Assembly (NCBI GenBank): GCA_038060895.1
Contig: JBBTCT010000027.1
Location: 94,000 to 157,999 of the forward strand
Source of the DNA: Planctomycetota bacterium
GTDB taxonomy: Bacteria; Planctomycetota; MHYJ01; WSZJ01
Reading direction: 5' to 3'
Length of the DNA: 64,000 nt
Shown here in pieces: positions 51,003-61,068 of the stretch. Under the pieces are notes generated by a model that saw nothing but the letters and a program-made list of their open reading frames with translations, was not told where the DNA came from and searched no databases. The position numbers were made by a program, and so were the translations under genes. Within the stretch, counting starts at the first letter, position 1. The number at the start of each line of letters is the position of its first letter.

Positions 51003-51018
51003 GGGCATAACTTTTGCT
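51003..51018 (+). promoter_or_regulatory. Putative sigma54 (-24/-12) promoter of dnaK
   Basis: gGGCAtaacttTTGCt: GG at 51004-5, 10 nt, GC at 51016-7. Confidence 0.6.
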
Positions 51019-51064
51019 TTTTAGCTCCTCAGCCCAGTTCTAACCCCAAGAGGAGCGCGCACTC

Positions 51065-53002
51065 ATGAGCAAGACCATCGGCATCGACCTCGGAACGACC
51101 AACTCTGTCGTCTCCGTCATGGAGGGTTCGACAACCACCGTCATCACCACGCCCGAAGGCTCGCGCCTCCTTCCCTCCGTCGTCGGCTTCACCGAAAAGG
51201 GCGAACGCCTCGTCGGATACATGGCCAAGCGCCAGGCCGTCACCAACCCTCGCAACACGGTCTACTCCATCAAGCGCTTCATGGGCCGCCGCCGCAGCGA
51301 ATGCAAATCGGAAGAAGAACTCGTCCCCTACACGGTGGTCGGCGGGCCGAACGATCCGGTGAAAGTCGAAATCCGCGGGAAGCAGTACACCCCGGTCGAA
51401 GTCAGCGCGATCATCCTGCAGTCGCTGAAAGAAGCGGCGGAAGCGTATCTCGGCGAGAAAGTGACGGACGCGGTCATCACGGTGCCGGCCTACTTCAACG
51501 ACTCGCAGCGGCAGGCGACGAAGGATGCCGGGAAGATCGCCGGCCTCGAAGTGAAGCGCATCATCAACGAGCCGACGGCGGCCGCGCTGGCTTACGGGCT
51601 CGACAAGAAGGGGAACGAAAAGGTCGTCGTGTACGACCTGGGCGGCGGCACGTTCGACATCAGCGTGCTCGAGGTCGGCGACGGCGTCGTCGAAGTCAAG
51701 GCGACGAACGGCGACACGCACCTGGGCGGCGACGACTTCGACAAGAAGGTCATCGACCACATCGCCGATGAGTTCAAGAAGCAGTACGGCGTCGACCTGC
51801 GCAAGGACCAGATGGCGCTTCAGCGCCTGAAGGAGGCCGCCGAGAAGGCCAAGATTGAGCTCTCGAGTTCGATGGAGACCGAAGTCAACCTGCCGTTCAT
51901 CACTGCGGACGCCTCCGGCCCGAAGCACCTGCAGCTGAAAATCACGCGGGCGAAGCTGGAGCAGCTGATCGGGGACCTGATCGAGAAGACGCTGGGGCCG
52001 GTGAAGCAGTGCATCACGGACGCGAAGATGAAGCCGGAGGACATCGACGAGGTGCTGCTGGTGGGCGGATCGACGCGGATCCCGATGGTGGCGAAGCTGG
52101 TGAAGGACTACTTCAAGAAGGAACCGAACCGTTCGGTGAATCCGGACGAGGTGGTGAGCGTCGGGGCGGCGATCCAGGGGGCGGTCCTGAAGGGCGAGGT
52201 GAAGGACGTGCTGCTCCTGGACGTGACGCCGCTGTCGCTCGGGATCGAGACGCTGGGCGGGGTGTCAACGAAGCTGATCGAGCGCAACACCACGATCCCG
52301 AAATCGGTGAAGCAGACGTTTTCGACGGCGGCGGACAACCAGCCGGGCGTGGAAGTCCACGTGCTGCAGGGCGAGCGCCCGATGGCGAAGGACAACCGGA
52401 CGCTCGGAAAATTCCACCTCGACGGCCTTCCGCCGGCGCCGCGCGGCATGCCGCAGATCGAAGTCACGTTCGACATCGACGCGAACGGAATCCTGAACGT
52501 GAGCGCGAAGGACCTCGGGACGGGGAAGAGCAACTCGGTCCAGGTCAAGGCGTCCACGGGCCTGAGCGAGGCCGAGATCAACAAGATGGTGAAGGAGGCC
52601 GAGGCGAACCGCGAGTCCGACGAGAAGAAGAAGGAACTGATCGACGTGCGGAACAAGGCCGAGGCGATGGTCTGGTCGATCGAGAAGAGCCTGCGCGACA
52701 ACAAGGACATCGCGAGCGCCGACGAGAAGAAGGCGATCGACGAAGCGATTGCAGCGGTGAACAAGGTCAAGGACGGCGAGGACAAGGAGAAGCTCGAGAG
52801 CGCGCTGGCGGACCTGGAGAAGGCGTCGCACTCGGTTGCGGAAAAACTCTACGCCGAGGCGACGAAGAAACAGCAGGCGGCGCAGGGACAGCCGGCGGGA
52901 GACGGGAGTCCGGAGGCGGGAGAAACGGCAGGGAAGGGCGCGAAAAAGGCGAAGGGCGCGGGAGACGAGAACATCATTGATGCGGAGTTTGAGACGAAGT
53001 AG
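51065..53002 (+). CDS. dnaK: Chaperone DnaK (Hsp70)
   Basis: [59 protein letters not shown]. Confidence 0.98.
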   Translation: MSKTIGIDLGTTNSVVSVMEGSTTTVITTPEGSRLLPSVVGFTEKGERLVGYMAKRQAVTNPRNTVYSIKRFMGRRRSECKSEEELVPYTVVGGPNDPVKVEIRGKQYTPVEVSAIILQSLKEAAEAYLGEKVTDAVITVPAYFNDSQRQATKDAGKIAGLEVKRIINEPTAAALAYGLDKKGNEKVVVYDLGGGTFDISVLEVGDGVVEVKATNGDTHLGGDDFDKKVIDHIADEFKKQYGVDLRKDQMALQRLKEAAEKAKIELSSSMETEVNLPFITADASGPKHLQLKITRAKLEQLIGDLIEKTLGPVKQCITDAKMKPEDIDEVLLVGGSTRIPMVAKLVKDYFKKEPNRSVNPDEVVSVGAAIQGAVLKGEVKDVLLLDVTPLSLGIETLGGVSTKLIERNTTIPKSVKQTFSTAADNQPGVEVHVLQGERPMAKDNRTLGKFHLDGLPPAPRGMPQIEVTFDIDANGILNVSAKDLGTGKSNSVQVKASTGLSEAEINKMVKEAEANRESDEKKKELIDVRNKAEAMVWSIEKSLRDNKDIASADEKKAIDEAIAAVNKVKDGEDKEKLESALADLEKASHSVAEKLYAEATKKQQAAQGQPAGDGSPEAGETAGKGAKKAKGAGDENIIDAEFETK

Positions 53003-53024
53003 GCGGCGTTGGTTTGCTGACAAC

Positions 53025-53055
53025 CTCCCGGCCGTCAACGGCCGGGAGTTTTTTT
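53025..53055 (+). terminator. Rho-independent terminator of dnaK
   Basis: CTCCCGGCCGT-CA-ACGGCCGGGAG followed by T7. Confidence 0.88.
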
Positions 53056-53162
53056 ATCCGCGGCTGTTTCCGCGTCATCCGATTTCATCCGCGTATTCTG
53101 TTCCTTCCTGGAAAACAGAATACGCGGATAGAGGCGGATAACGCGGAAACCGCCGCGGATAA
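53054..53162. repeat. Inverted repeat (49-bp arms) with recurring ATCCGCG units
   Basis: ttatccgcggc.gtttccgcgt.atccg.....atccgcgtattctgtt (53054-53102) pairs with 53114-53162 around an 11-nt loop. Confidence 0.88.
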
Positions 53163-53284
53163 GGCCCTTTTGTGGGCCGAGCAACAATGATTAAGACTCT
53201 TAATGTCCAACCGGTGCCCTTAACCCCCCAAGCCCCTTCAACTTAGGCCTTGCCCAGCCCCGGGCACCCCGCTTCAATAGCCCC

Positions 53285-54313
53285 GTGGCCATGATCGAAG
53301 TAACAAACCTGATAAAGCGCTACGCGGGATTCACCGCAGTCGACAACATCTCCTTCACCGTCGACAAGGGCGAAATCGTCGGCTTCCTCGGCAAGAACGG
53401 AGCCGGCAAATCCACGACGATGAAGATGCTCTCGTGTTTCTTCCCACCGACCTATGGCAGCGCCCGGGTCGCCGGCTTCGACTGCGTCACCGACTCAATG
53501 GAAGTCCGCCGGCGGATCGGGTACATGCCGGAGCGCGTGCCCCTTTACGAGGACATGCGCGTCGAGGAGTACCTCGATTACCGCGCTCGGCTCCGCGGCG
53601 TTCCCCGGCGCGACCGTTCGCACGCGGTCAACGAGGTCATCTCGACGATCGGGCTGAAGGACATGCGGCGCAAGCTGATCGGCGCGCTCTCGAAAGGGTA
53701 CCGGCAGCGCACGGGCCTGGCCGAGGCCATCGTCCACAAACCCGAATTGCTCATTCTCGACGAGCCCACCGCGGGGCTCGACCCCGGGCAGATCCGCCAG
53801 GTCCGCGAAGTCATCAAGGAACTCGGGAAGCGGACGACCCTGCTCCTCTCCACGCACATCCTCTCCGAAGTAGAAATCACCGCGACGCGGATTCTCCTCA
53901 TCCACCGGGGCCGCATCGTCGCCAACGGCTCCCCGGGCTCCCTCGTCGGCGGTGACCAGAGCTCGCGCCGCTTCCGCGCCGAAATTCGCGGACCTGTCGC
54001 GATGATCGAGGCGATGCTGAAGGGGCTTCCCGGGATCCAGGGGATCACCATCGCTCCGGGCGAGGAGTGGAGCGTGTTCACCTTCGACTCCGCGCCCGAG
54101 CTGGACCTGCGAGCGGATGTCGCGAAGTTCGTGGTGGACAACGGGTGGGACCTGCGCGAGCTGACCGAAGAGAAGCGGACGCTCGAGGACCTGTTCGTTA
54201 AGATCACGACGACCGATGAAGTCGGGGTAGCGCCGGTACGCGCCATCGTGCCGGATCCCCTGGTCGCCGGGACGTTGCCGCCGGAGACCTCCGAAGGCGG
54301 TCCCGCCGTATGA
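53285..54313 (+). CDS. ABC transporter ATP-binding protein (GldA-like)
   Basis: GFLGKNGAGKST, LSKGYRQR, ILDEPTAGLDP.Q, LSTHIL. Confidence 0.9.
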   Translation: MAMIEVTNLIKRYAGFTAVDNISFTVDKGEIVGFLGKNGAGKSTTMKMLSCFFPPTYGSARVAGFDCVTDSMEVRRRIGYMPERVPLYEDMRVEEYLDYRARLRGVPRRDRSHAVNEVISTIGLKDMRRKLIGALSKGYRQRTGLAEAIVHKPELLILDEPTAGLDPGQIRQVREVIKELGKRTTLLLSTHILSEVEITATRILLIHRGRIVANGSPGSLVGGDQSSRRFRAEIRGPVAMIEAMLKGLPGIQGITIAPGEEWSVFTFDSAPELDLRADVAKFVVDNGWDLRELTEEKRTLEDLFVKITTTDEVGVAPVRAIVPDPLVAGTLPPETSEGGPAV

Positions 54314-55050
54314 TGAACCTCCCGGCCCTCACGAAACGCGAATTCACGGCGAACTTCTACGCGCCGATGGCCTACGTCATCGCGACGTTCTACCTGCTTT
54401 TCGCGGGTCTCAGCTTCTACATCCTGCTCCGGGACCAGCGCGACGCGAACGCCATGCGGTCCCTGCTCACGTTCCTCGGGTTCATCCACACGATCTTCAT
54501 CCCGATGGTCACGATGCGCCTGATCAGCGAAGAACGGAAGAGCGGGACGCTGGAAATGCTCGTGACGGCGCCCGTTTCCGACACCGAGATTGCTATTTCC
54601 AAATTCCTCGGCGCAACGCTTTTCACGGCGCTCATGATCGCGCCCACGATGCTCTTCACCTGGGTGCTGACGCGGATCAACGGCCGCCCGGACGTCGGAA
54701 TGATCCAGGCTTCCTACCTCGGGCTTCTTCTGCTCTCCATGTCGTTCATCGCCCTCGGCCTCTTCATTTCTTCCCTTACGGCAAACCAGATCGTCGCCGC
54801 CATCCTCACGTTCGTCACCCTGTTCACTTTCTACTTCCTCGTCGGCTTCCTCTCGGGCTCCACCGAGTCGCTTCCTTTCCACGACAAGATCCCGTGGCCT
54901 GACATCCTCAACTACATGTACTTCGGCGCACACCTGCAGTCCTTCGGCAAGGGGCTCGTGGACTCGCGCGACGTCGTGTACTTCCTGTCCGTCATCGCGC
55001 TCGGGATCTTCCTCACGATCAAATCCCTCGAGTCGAGGCGCTGGAGATGA
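54310..55050 (+). CDS. ABC-2 permease (GldF-like)
   Basis: KRE..F..P.AY, TMRLISEERKSGTLEML.TAP, NQIVAA, LESRRW. Confidence 0.88.
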   Translation: MMNLPALTKREFTANFYAPMAYVIATFYLLFAGLSFYILLRDQRDANAMRSLLTFLGFIHTIFIPMVTMRLISEERKSGTLEMLVTAPVSDTEIAISKFLGATLFTALMIAPTMLFTWVLTRINGRPDVGMIQASYLGLLLLSMSFIALGLFISSLTANQIVAAILTFVTLFTFYFLVGFLSGSTESLPFHDKIPWPDILNYMYFGAHLQSFGKGLVDSRDVVYFLSVIALGIFLTIKSLESRRWR

Positions 55051-56612
55051 CCGCTCCTGCACCTGCCCCGCACTGGGGAACGAAGGCGCGCTTCGGCGTC
55101 GCCTCCGCCGTCGGCCTGCAGCTTCTTCTCCTGGCCGGGATCATCGTCGCCGCGAACTGGATCTCCACGCGCCGATACCGGCGCTGGGACTGGACGGACG
55201 ACGTGACGTACACGCTCGGGGACGGAACGAAGCAGTTGCTCGGAAAGATCTCGGCGGAGGACAAGAAGTACCAGATCGTGGCGTTCTACCTGCCGGACGA
55301 AGACGGCGCGTGGGAATCGGCGCTGAAGCGGACGCAGGATCTGCTGGAGGAGTACCGGACGCGCTCGCGGGACCGGATTGAGTGGGAAATCGTGTCGGTG
55401 GCGAGCGTCGGGGGCGGCGGGGTGCAAGCCGCGCAGAAAAAGCATGACCTCCGGTCGCAGATCGGCGCCAACGACGTGGTCTTCAAGCGGGGAGAGACGG
55501 AGCGCGTGGTGAACCTGCGCGAGTTTTTCGGACAGCAGTGGGACGACATGGGACCGCGGGGCGTGCCGAAGCTGACGTCGTTCAACGGCGAGGCCATCGT
55601 GACGTCCACGCTCAAGGTGCTCTCGCAGGACAAACCGATCGTGCTCGCTTTCACGACGGGGCACGAAGAGGTCTCCACCGAGGACATGCAGGGCCCGGCC
55701 GAGTGGGGCGCGTTTTCCAACGGCCTGCTGCGCCAGCGCGAGGGGTACTCGGTCCGCACCCTTTCGCTTCCGCCCGGCGCCAGCGTGCCTCAGGACGCCA
55801 GCGTGCTGGTCATCGCGGGACCGAAACGCGACTTCAACGAGGGCGAACTGACTTCGGTTCAGGTCTTCCTCGCGCGGGGCGGGCGGTTGCTGGTCACGCT
55901 GGATTCGGGGCCGGAAATGTCGGACCGGCCGCTTCCAAACCTGTACAAGTTCCTCGGCGGGATGGGAATCACGCCCCAGACGCTGATGGTGCTGGACCCG
56001 GACAATTCACCCGAGCAGCTCGTCCAGGTGCCGGGAGGCTTCCAGCGCAAGAAAGACATCGGCACGTTCTTCCTCTCCGGTTTCGACCGGAAGCACCCGG
56101 TGACCGGCAAGTTCGACGCCGACAAGAATGTGGCAATGCTCGGCGCCTGCGCGCTCTTCCTGGAGAAGGACGCCGTGCCGGAAGGGCTGACGCTGACGGA
56201 ACTGGCGCGGTGCGGAAGCGATGGCTGGGGAGAGAAGGACTACCCGCGGGACCAGAAGATGACTCCGGACCGCGACGAGCCGGGGCCGCTGACAGTGGCG
56301 GCGGCGGTGAGCGGGCGCCTCAAGGGATCCACGGTCGAGGATGAGATGCGCCTCGTCGTGATCGGGGACACGACCGGACAGGCGAACGGCATCCAGAAGG
56401 AACTCCGGTCGCCGGACCTCGTGCTCAACTCGATCCGCTGGCTCGCGAAGCAGGAATACCTCATCGGTGTGGACCCGAAAGTTCCGGAGGACCGGTCCCT
56501 GATTCTGACACCCAAGCAGGACGACTACGTTTTCCGCGTCTGCGTCATCCTCCTTCCTTCGCTCGCCATCGCGTTCGGCCTCACGATGTTCATGACGAGG
56601 AGGTCGGCATGA
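55047..56612 (+). CDS. GldG-family ABC auxiliary protein
   Basis: RWDWT..YTL..T..LL, FTTGHEE, LVIAGPKRD, GGRLLV, RLVVIGD, NSIRWL; TM at each end. Confidence 0.85.
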   Translation: MTAPAPAPHWGTKARFGVASAVGLQLLLLAGIIVAANWISTRRYRRWDWTDDVTYTLGDGTKQLLGKISAEDKKYQIVAFYLPDEDGAWESALKRTQDLLEEYRTRSRDRIEWEIVSVASVGGGGVQAAQKKHDLRSQIGANDVVFKRGETERVVNLREFFGQQWDDMGPRGVPKLTSFNGEAIVTSTLKVLSQDKPIVLAFTTGHEEVSTEDMQGPAEWGAFSNGLLRQREGYSVRTLSLPPGASVPQDASVLVIAGPKRDFNEGELTSVQVFLARGGRLLVTLDSGPEMSDRPLPNLYKFLGGMGITPQTLMVLDPDNSPEQLVQVPGGFQRKKDIGTFFLSGFDRKHPVTGKFDADKNVAMLGACALFLEKDAVPEGLTLTELARCGSDGWGEKDYPRDQKMTPDRDEPGPLTVAAAVSGRLKGSTVEDEMRLVVIGDTTGQANGIQKELRSPDLVLNSIRWLAKQEYLIGVDPKVPEDRSLILTPKQDDYVFRVCVILLPSLAIAFGLTMFMTRRSA

Positions 56613-58372
56613 AGGGGATGAAGAGAACCACGCTGATCATGGTGGTTCTGGGGCTCGGAATCGGAGGATGGGTCTGGTGGGAATCCCGGCGGGGGGAAGA
56701 AGACGACGGAAAGGTCCGGCTGTCGGTCGAAATTTTCCCGTTTGTCGGCGAAGAAGTGACTCAGGTCGAGCTCGTCAAAGCAGGCGCGACGATCGCGGTC
56801 GCGAAAATGGACGGGGTCTGGCGCATGACGTCGCCTCGTGCCTGGCCGGCCGGCGACATCGCGATGATGACCATGCTTCGCGGCGTGGATCCGTCAGAGA
56901 AGGCGTGGCCGCTTCCCTCAGGGGAGAAGCCGCCCGATGCCGCGGTCCACGGGCTGGACGCTCCGACCCTGACGGTGACGCTTTCCGCGTCCGACGGCCG
57001 GAAGGCTTCGATTGCGTTCGGAAAGTCGCTGGGCGCTGGCGACAAGACTTTCGCCCGGCGCGCAGGCCAGAGCGAAGTCCTGACCGTTTCCAGCGCGATG
57101 TTTGCGGCGTTCGACCGGACGCCGGAATCGCTGCGCGACACCGGATTCTGCCGCTTCAACTCGAAGGAACTCCGTTCGATCGCGTACTCGGCGGCAGGGA
57201 AAGACGTGGTCGTTGCGCGGCAGGGACGCGGGTGGCGGCTGTCGAAGGCGGTGGACGACCTGGCGGACCCTGCGGCGGTCGAGGAGTGGGTCTCCCGCCT
57301 TGCGACGGCGACCAGCGCGACGATGCTGCCGAGGCCCAGGCCGGCCCGATCGGAGTACGGGCTGGATCCGGCCTTCGCGGAGTTCGAAATCGAACTCACG
57401 GGCAAGAAAATCCGGGTCAGCGTCGGGGCGCCCGTAGCGGAGGGTGAGAAACGGCGCTGGGCGGACACGAGCGAGTACCCGGATGACATCGGGACGATGG
57501 ACGACCAGGTCCTCCAGCTCGTCACGCCGCTGGCGGGCGCGCTTCGCGCCAACCGGGCACTTCCGTGGCCGATGAACGAAGTCGAAGTCTTTTCGGCGTC
57601 GGGAGCTGCCGATTTCGAAGTTCGTAAGGACGCAGGCGCGTGGACCGTCGTGAAACCTGCGGTCATCGCCTACTTTGACCCGGCACGCGTCGATATCCTG
57701 CTTCGCCAGCTGGGGACGTCACAGGTCAATGCAAGGTCCCCCGCCTCGGCCGCCCCGGCCGGCGCCCTCCACATGGTTTTCAGGTTCGGGAAGGGGGCCG
57801 AGGCCGTCGACCAAGCGGCCGACCTGTGGACGGACGGGACCGACACGTTTTTTCGCACCGCCGATCCCGAACGCGTCGTCCGCGAGCTCGGAACTTCCGC
57901 CTGGGTCCACGCCTCTGCCGGCGCCTTCTTCTTCCGCGATCCCCGCGTTCCCACCGGCCTGATGCCGCTTCAGGTCAAGAGCGTCTCCGTGACCGATCGG
58001 AACGGAGTCATCTGGGTGGAGGCGGAATTCAACGGGCGCGCGTGGCTGCAGACCTCGGCCGTCGCGGGCGGCAAGGTCCTGGACACCAACAAGATGAGCG
58101 CGTTCAACCAGTTCTGGACGGGAATGGTGGCGGAAACCTGGGTCGCAGCCAAGAGGGAAGCGCCCGAGGTCGGACTCTCGGGAACCCCGGTCTGGAAGAT
58201 CCGCATCACACCGGACCCGGGGCGCGCCGGAAGCGCGGCGGTGCGGGAGTTTCTCGTCGGGCTGGACGGGCCGGGGAACACCATGTACGCGGTGCTGGAC
58301 GGAGATCCGAACGTGTTCCTCGTGCCTCCCAACGTCGCCGGCATGCTGCGGGGAGGGATCTGGAAGGAATGA
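56609..58372 (+). CDS. DUF4340 domain protein
   Basis: N-terminal TM; repeated W.m..P..A, YGLDP/HGLDAP and LRD units; last gene of the Gld-type operon. Confidence 0.75.
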   Translation: MKGMKRTTLIMVVLGLGIGGWVWWESRRGEEDDGKVRLSVEIFPFVGEEVTQVELVKAGATIAVAKMDGVWRMTSPRAWPAGDIAMMTMLRGVDPSEKAWPLPSGEKPPDAAVHGLDAPTLTVTLSASDGRKASIAFGKSLGAGDKTFARRAGQSEVLTVSSAMFAAFDRTPESLRDTGFCRFNSKELRSIAYSAAGKDVVVARQGRGWRLSKAVDDLADPAAVEEWVSRLATATSATMLPRPRPARSEYGLDPAFAEFEIELTGKKIRVSVGAPVAEGEKRRWADTSEYPDDIGTMDDQVLQLVTPLAGALRANRALPWPMNEVEVFSASGAADFEVRKDAGAWTVVKPAVIAYFDPARVDILLRQLGTSQVNARSPASAAPAGALHMVFRFGKGAEAVDQAADLWTDGTDTFFRTADPERVVRELGTSAWVHASAGAFFFRDPRVPTGLMPLQVKSVSVTDRNGVIWVEAEFNGRAWLQTSAVAGGKVLDTNKMSAFNQFWTGMVAETWVAAKREAPEVGLSGTPVWKIRITPDPGRAGSAAVREFLVGLDGPGNTMYAVLDGDPNVFLVPPNVAGMLRGGIWKE

Positions 58373-58460
58373 ACGGGCCAATGCTCTCCTTCCACAAATC
58401 CTCGCCTTCCCCCTCTCAACCCCCTAGAATTTGCCCCTTCAACCGCGTGGGGATTCATCG

Positions 58461-58928
58461 ATGGACGTCGACGGGATCAAGAAGCTCATCACGCTGATGA
58501 ACGACAACGACCTCTGCGAACTCGAGGTCGAAGAGGACGGCCGGAAGGTGCGGCTGCGCAAACACGAGGCGCAGGCGCCTTCGGGCGGCATGATGGTCTC
58601 AATGCCGATGGGGATGACCCCGGCGCCCTCGGGAGCAAATACATCTGCCGCTTCCTCGCCTGCCGCGAAGCCGGCGCGCACGGACGTCTTCGAGGTCAAA
58701 TCGCCCCTCGTCGGCACATTCTATCGCTCGGCGAAGCCCGGGACGCCCTCGTTCGTCGAAATCAACGACCGGGTCGGCGCCGAGAAGACGCTCTGCATCA
58801 TCGAAGCCATGAAGGTGATGAACGAAATCAAGGCCGAGATCGAGGGCGTCGTCGAAGCGGTCCTCGTCAACAACGGCGAACCGGTCGAGTTCAACCAGCC
58901 GCTTTTCCTGATCCGCAAGGACGCGTAG
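58461..58928 (+). CDS. accB: Acetyl-CoA carboxylase biotin carboxyl carrier protein
   Basis: SPLVGTFYR, IIEAMKVMNEI, PVEFNQPLF. Confidence 0.95.
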   Translation: MDVDGIKKLITLMNDNDLCELEVEEDGRKVRLRKHEAQAPSGGMMVSMPMGMTPAPSGANTSAASSPAAKPARTDVFEVKSPLVGTFYRSAKPGTPSFVEINDRVGAEKTLCIIEAMKVMNEIKAEIEGVVEAVLVNNGEPVEFNQPLFLIRKDA

Positions 58929-58934
58929 ATCCCC

Positions 58935-60278
58935 GTGTTCAACCGGATCCTCATCGCGAATCGCGGCGAGATCGCGCTGCGTGTCATCCGCGCCTGCCAG
59001 GACATGGGCATCGGAACCGTCTGCGTCTATTCCGAAGCAGACAGGAACGCGGCCTACCTCAAGTACGCCGACGAAGCGATCTGCATCGGCCCCGGCCCGG
59101 CGGCGAAATCCTACCTGGACATCAGCCGCATCATCAGCGCCGCCGAGGTTTCCGACGTCGAAGCGATCCACCCCGGGTACGGCTTCCTCAGCGAAAACCC
59201 CCACTTCGCCGAGGTCTGCGCTTCCTGCAACATCGAGTTCATCGGCCCGCCGCCGGAATCGATGCGGATGCTGGGCAACAAGGCGCGCTGCCGCGAGCTG
59301 GCAAAGAAGACGGGCGTGCCGACGGTGAGTGGAAGCGAGATCATCGACAGCGAGGAGAAAGGGCTGGCGGTTGCCCGGGAGGTCGGCTACCCGGTGATGA
59401 TCAAGGCCGCGGCGGGGGGAGGCGGCCGCGGGATGCGGATGGCGCACAACGACATCAGCCTGGTCTCAGGCCTGCTGAGCGCAAGCGCGGAGGCGGGCGC
59501 CGCGTTTGGCGACGCCTCCGTGTTCGTCGAGAAGTACATCGAGAAGGCGCGCCACATCGAGATCCAGGTCATCGGCGACAAGCACGGGAACATGGTGCAC
59601 CTCGGGGAACGCGACTGCTCGCTCCAGAGGCGCCACCAGAAACTGGTCGAAGAGACGCCGAGTCCCGTGGTCGGTCCGGCGCTTCGGATGGAAATGGGGG
59701 CGGCTGCCGTGAAGCTGGCGAAGGCCGCGGGGTACACGAACGCAGGGACGGTGGAGTTCCTGGTGGACCCGAAGGGGCATTACTTCCTGATCGAGATGAA
59801 CACGCGCATCCAGGTCGAGCACGGCATCACCGAGCTCGTGACGGGCGTTGATCTCGTGCGCGAGCAGATCCGGGTCGCGGCGGGGGAGAGGCTGTCGGTG
59901 AAGCAGGAGGACATCCGCTGGAACGGCGTCGCGATCGAATGCCGCATCAACGCCGAGGATCCTGACGCCAATTTCCGCCCGTGCCCCGGCAAGATCACCA
60001 GTTTCTTCGCGCCCGGTGGACCGTGGGTGCGATGGGACAGCCACGTCTACACCGGGTACGAGATTCCGCCGAACTACGATTCGATGGTAGGGAAGTTGAT
60101 GGTGCACAGGCCGACGCGCCAGGAGGCGATAACGTGCATGAGGCGCGCGCTGGAAGAGATCGTGATCGAGGGGGTGAAGACGACGGTGCCGCTGCACCTG
60201 GAGATATTCGGGCACACGCATTTCATCCGGGGACAGGTGGATACGAACTTTGTGGAAGGGTATTTTGCCAAGAAGTGA
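58935..60278 (+). CDS. accC: Acetyl-CoA carboxylase biotin carboxylase
   Basis: [64 protein letters not shown]. Confidence 0.96.
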   Translation: MFNRILIANRGEIALRVIRACQDMGIGTVCVYSEADRNAAYLKYADEAICIGPGPAAKSYLDISRIISAAEVSDVEAIHPGYGFLSENPHFAEVCASCNIEFIGPPPESMRMLGNKARCRELAKKTGVPTVSGSEIIDSEEKGLAVAREVGYPVMIKAAAGGGGRGMRMAHNDISLVSGLLSASAEAGAAFGDASVFVEKYIEKARHIEIQVIGDKHGNMVHLGERDCSLQRRHQKLVEETPSPVVGPALRMEMGAAAVKLAKAAGYTNAGTVEFLVDPKGHYFLIEMNTRIQVEHGITELVTGVDLVREQIRVAAGERLSVKQEDIRWNGVAIECRINAEDPDANFRPCPGKITSFFAPGGPWVRWDSHVYTGYEIPPNYDSMVGKLMVHRPTRQEAITCMRRALEEIVIEGVKTTVPLHLEIFGHTHFIRGQVDTNFVEGYFAKK

Positions 60279-60413
60279 GGACGGCAGGGAATTGGGATGG
60301 GGATTGGGCCGGCCTGGGGCAGCTCGTTCTGCGCCTGGCCGATTCCTCTGGATCACCCCCCACCGCGCCCCTTACACTGGCGACACCCCTGTACGCAACC
60401 GAGGTTTCGCACC

Positions 60414-61052
60414 GTGGAACGCTTTCGCCTTCCCCTTCTCATCCTGGACGGTCTCGTCGCCGTCGTGGCAGCCGTTGCCGCCCTGCTCTGGGCCGTCAAC
60501 ATCCTGACCCCGGACCACCTCGTTCTCGCGACCCAGTACCTCTCGCCGCTCGGGCTCTGGCCCCGCGTCGCCGCCGTCGTCGTCGCGGTCTACCTCGTCC
60601 TCTTCAATGTCCTCTTCGTCACCGTGAATTTTCTCTTCTCCAAATATGCCACGCACCTTGAGTACGCCGCGAGCGAAGGAAACGTCTCGATCGCCATCAG
60701 CGCCGTGGAGGATTCGCTCGTGCGCTCCGCCCGCGAAATCAGCGACCTCGAGGACGTCCGTATTTCGGTCTACAAGGTGCGGCAGAATCCCGCAAAACCA
60801 GTCCGTGTTTTCGCATCCTGCGTGACGTGGGAAGGCGTCAGCGTCCCCGAACTCACCGAGAAGATCCGCGCGCTGCTGAAGGCACGCCTGAAAGAAATCG
60901 CCGACCTGCCGGAAGCGCCCCTCTTCGACATCCACGTCGCGAAGATCCAGGAGCGCGCGGAACCGAAGGAGAAGTCACCGTCGAAGAAGGATGCGAAGAA
61001 GGCGGCGGAGATGTTCCACGGTCCCGAGTATCCCGTGGGAATGGACAACTAG
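60414..61052 (+). CDS. AmaP-like (alkaline-shock membrane anchor) protein
   Basis: Two TMs, then GNVSIAISAVED..VPELTEKIRALLK; position after accBC recalls the Firmicutes accBC-asp23-amaP arrangement. Confidence 0.55.
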   Translation: MERFRLPLLILDGLVAVVAAVAALLWAVNILTPDHLVLATQYLSPLGLWPRVAAVVVAVYLVLFNVLFVTVNFLFSKYATHLEYAASEGNVSIAISAVEDSLVRSAREISDLEDVRISVYKVRQNPAKPVRVFASCVTWEGVSVPELTEKIRALLKARLKEIADLPEAPLFDIHVAKIQERAEPKEKSPSKKDAKKAAEMFHGPEYPVGMDN

Positions 61053-61068
61053 ACCGCCGACATCGGCC

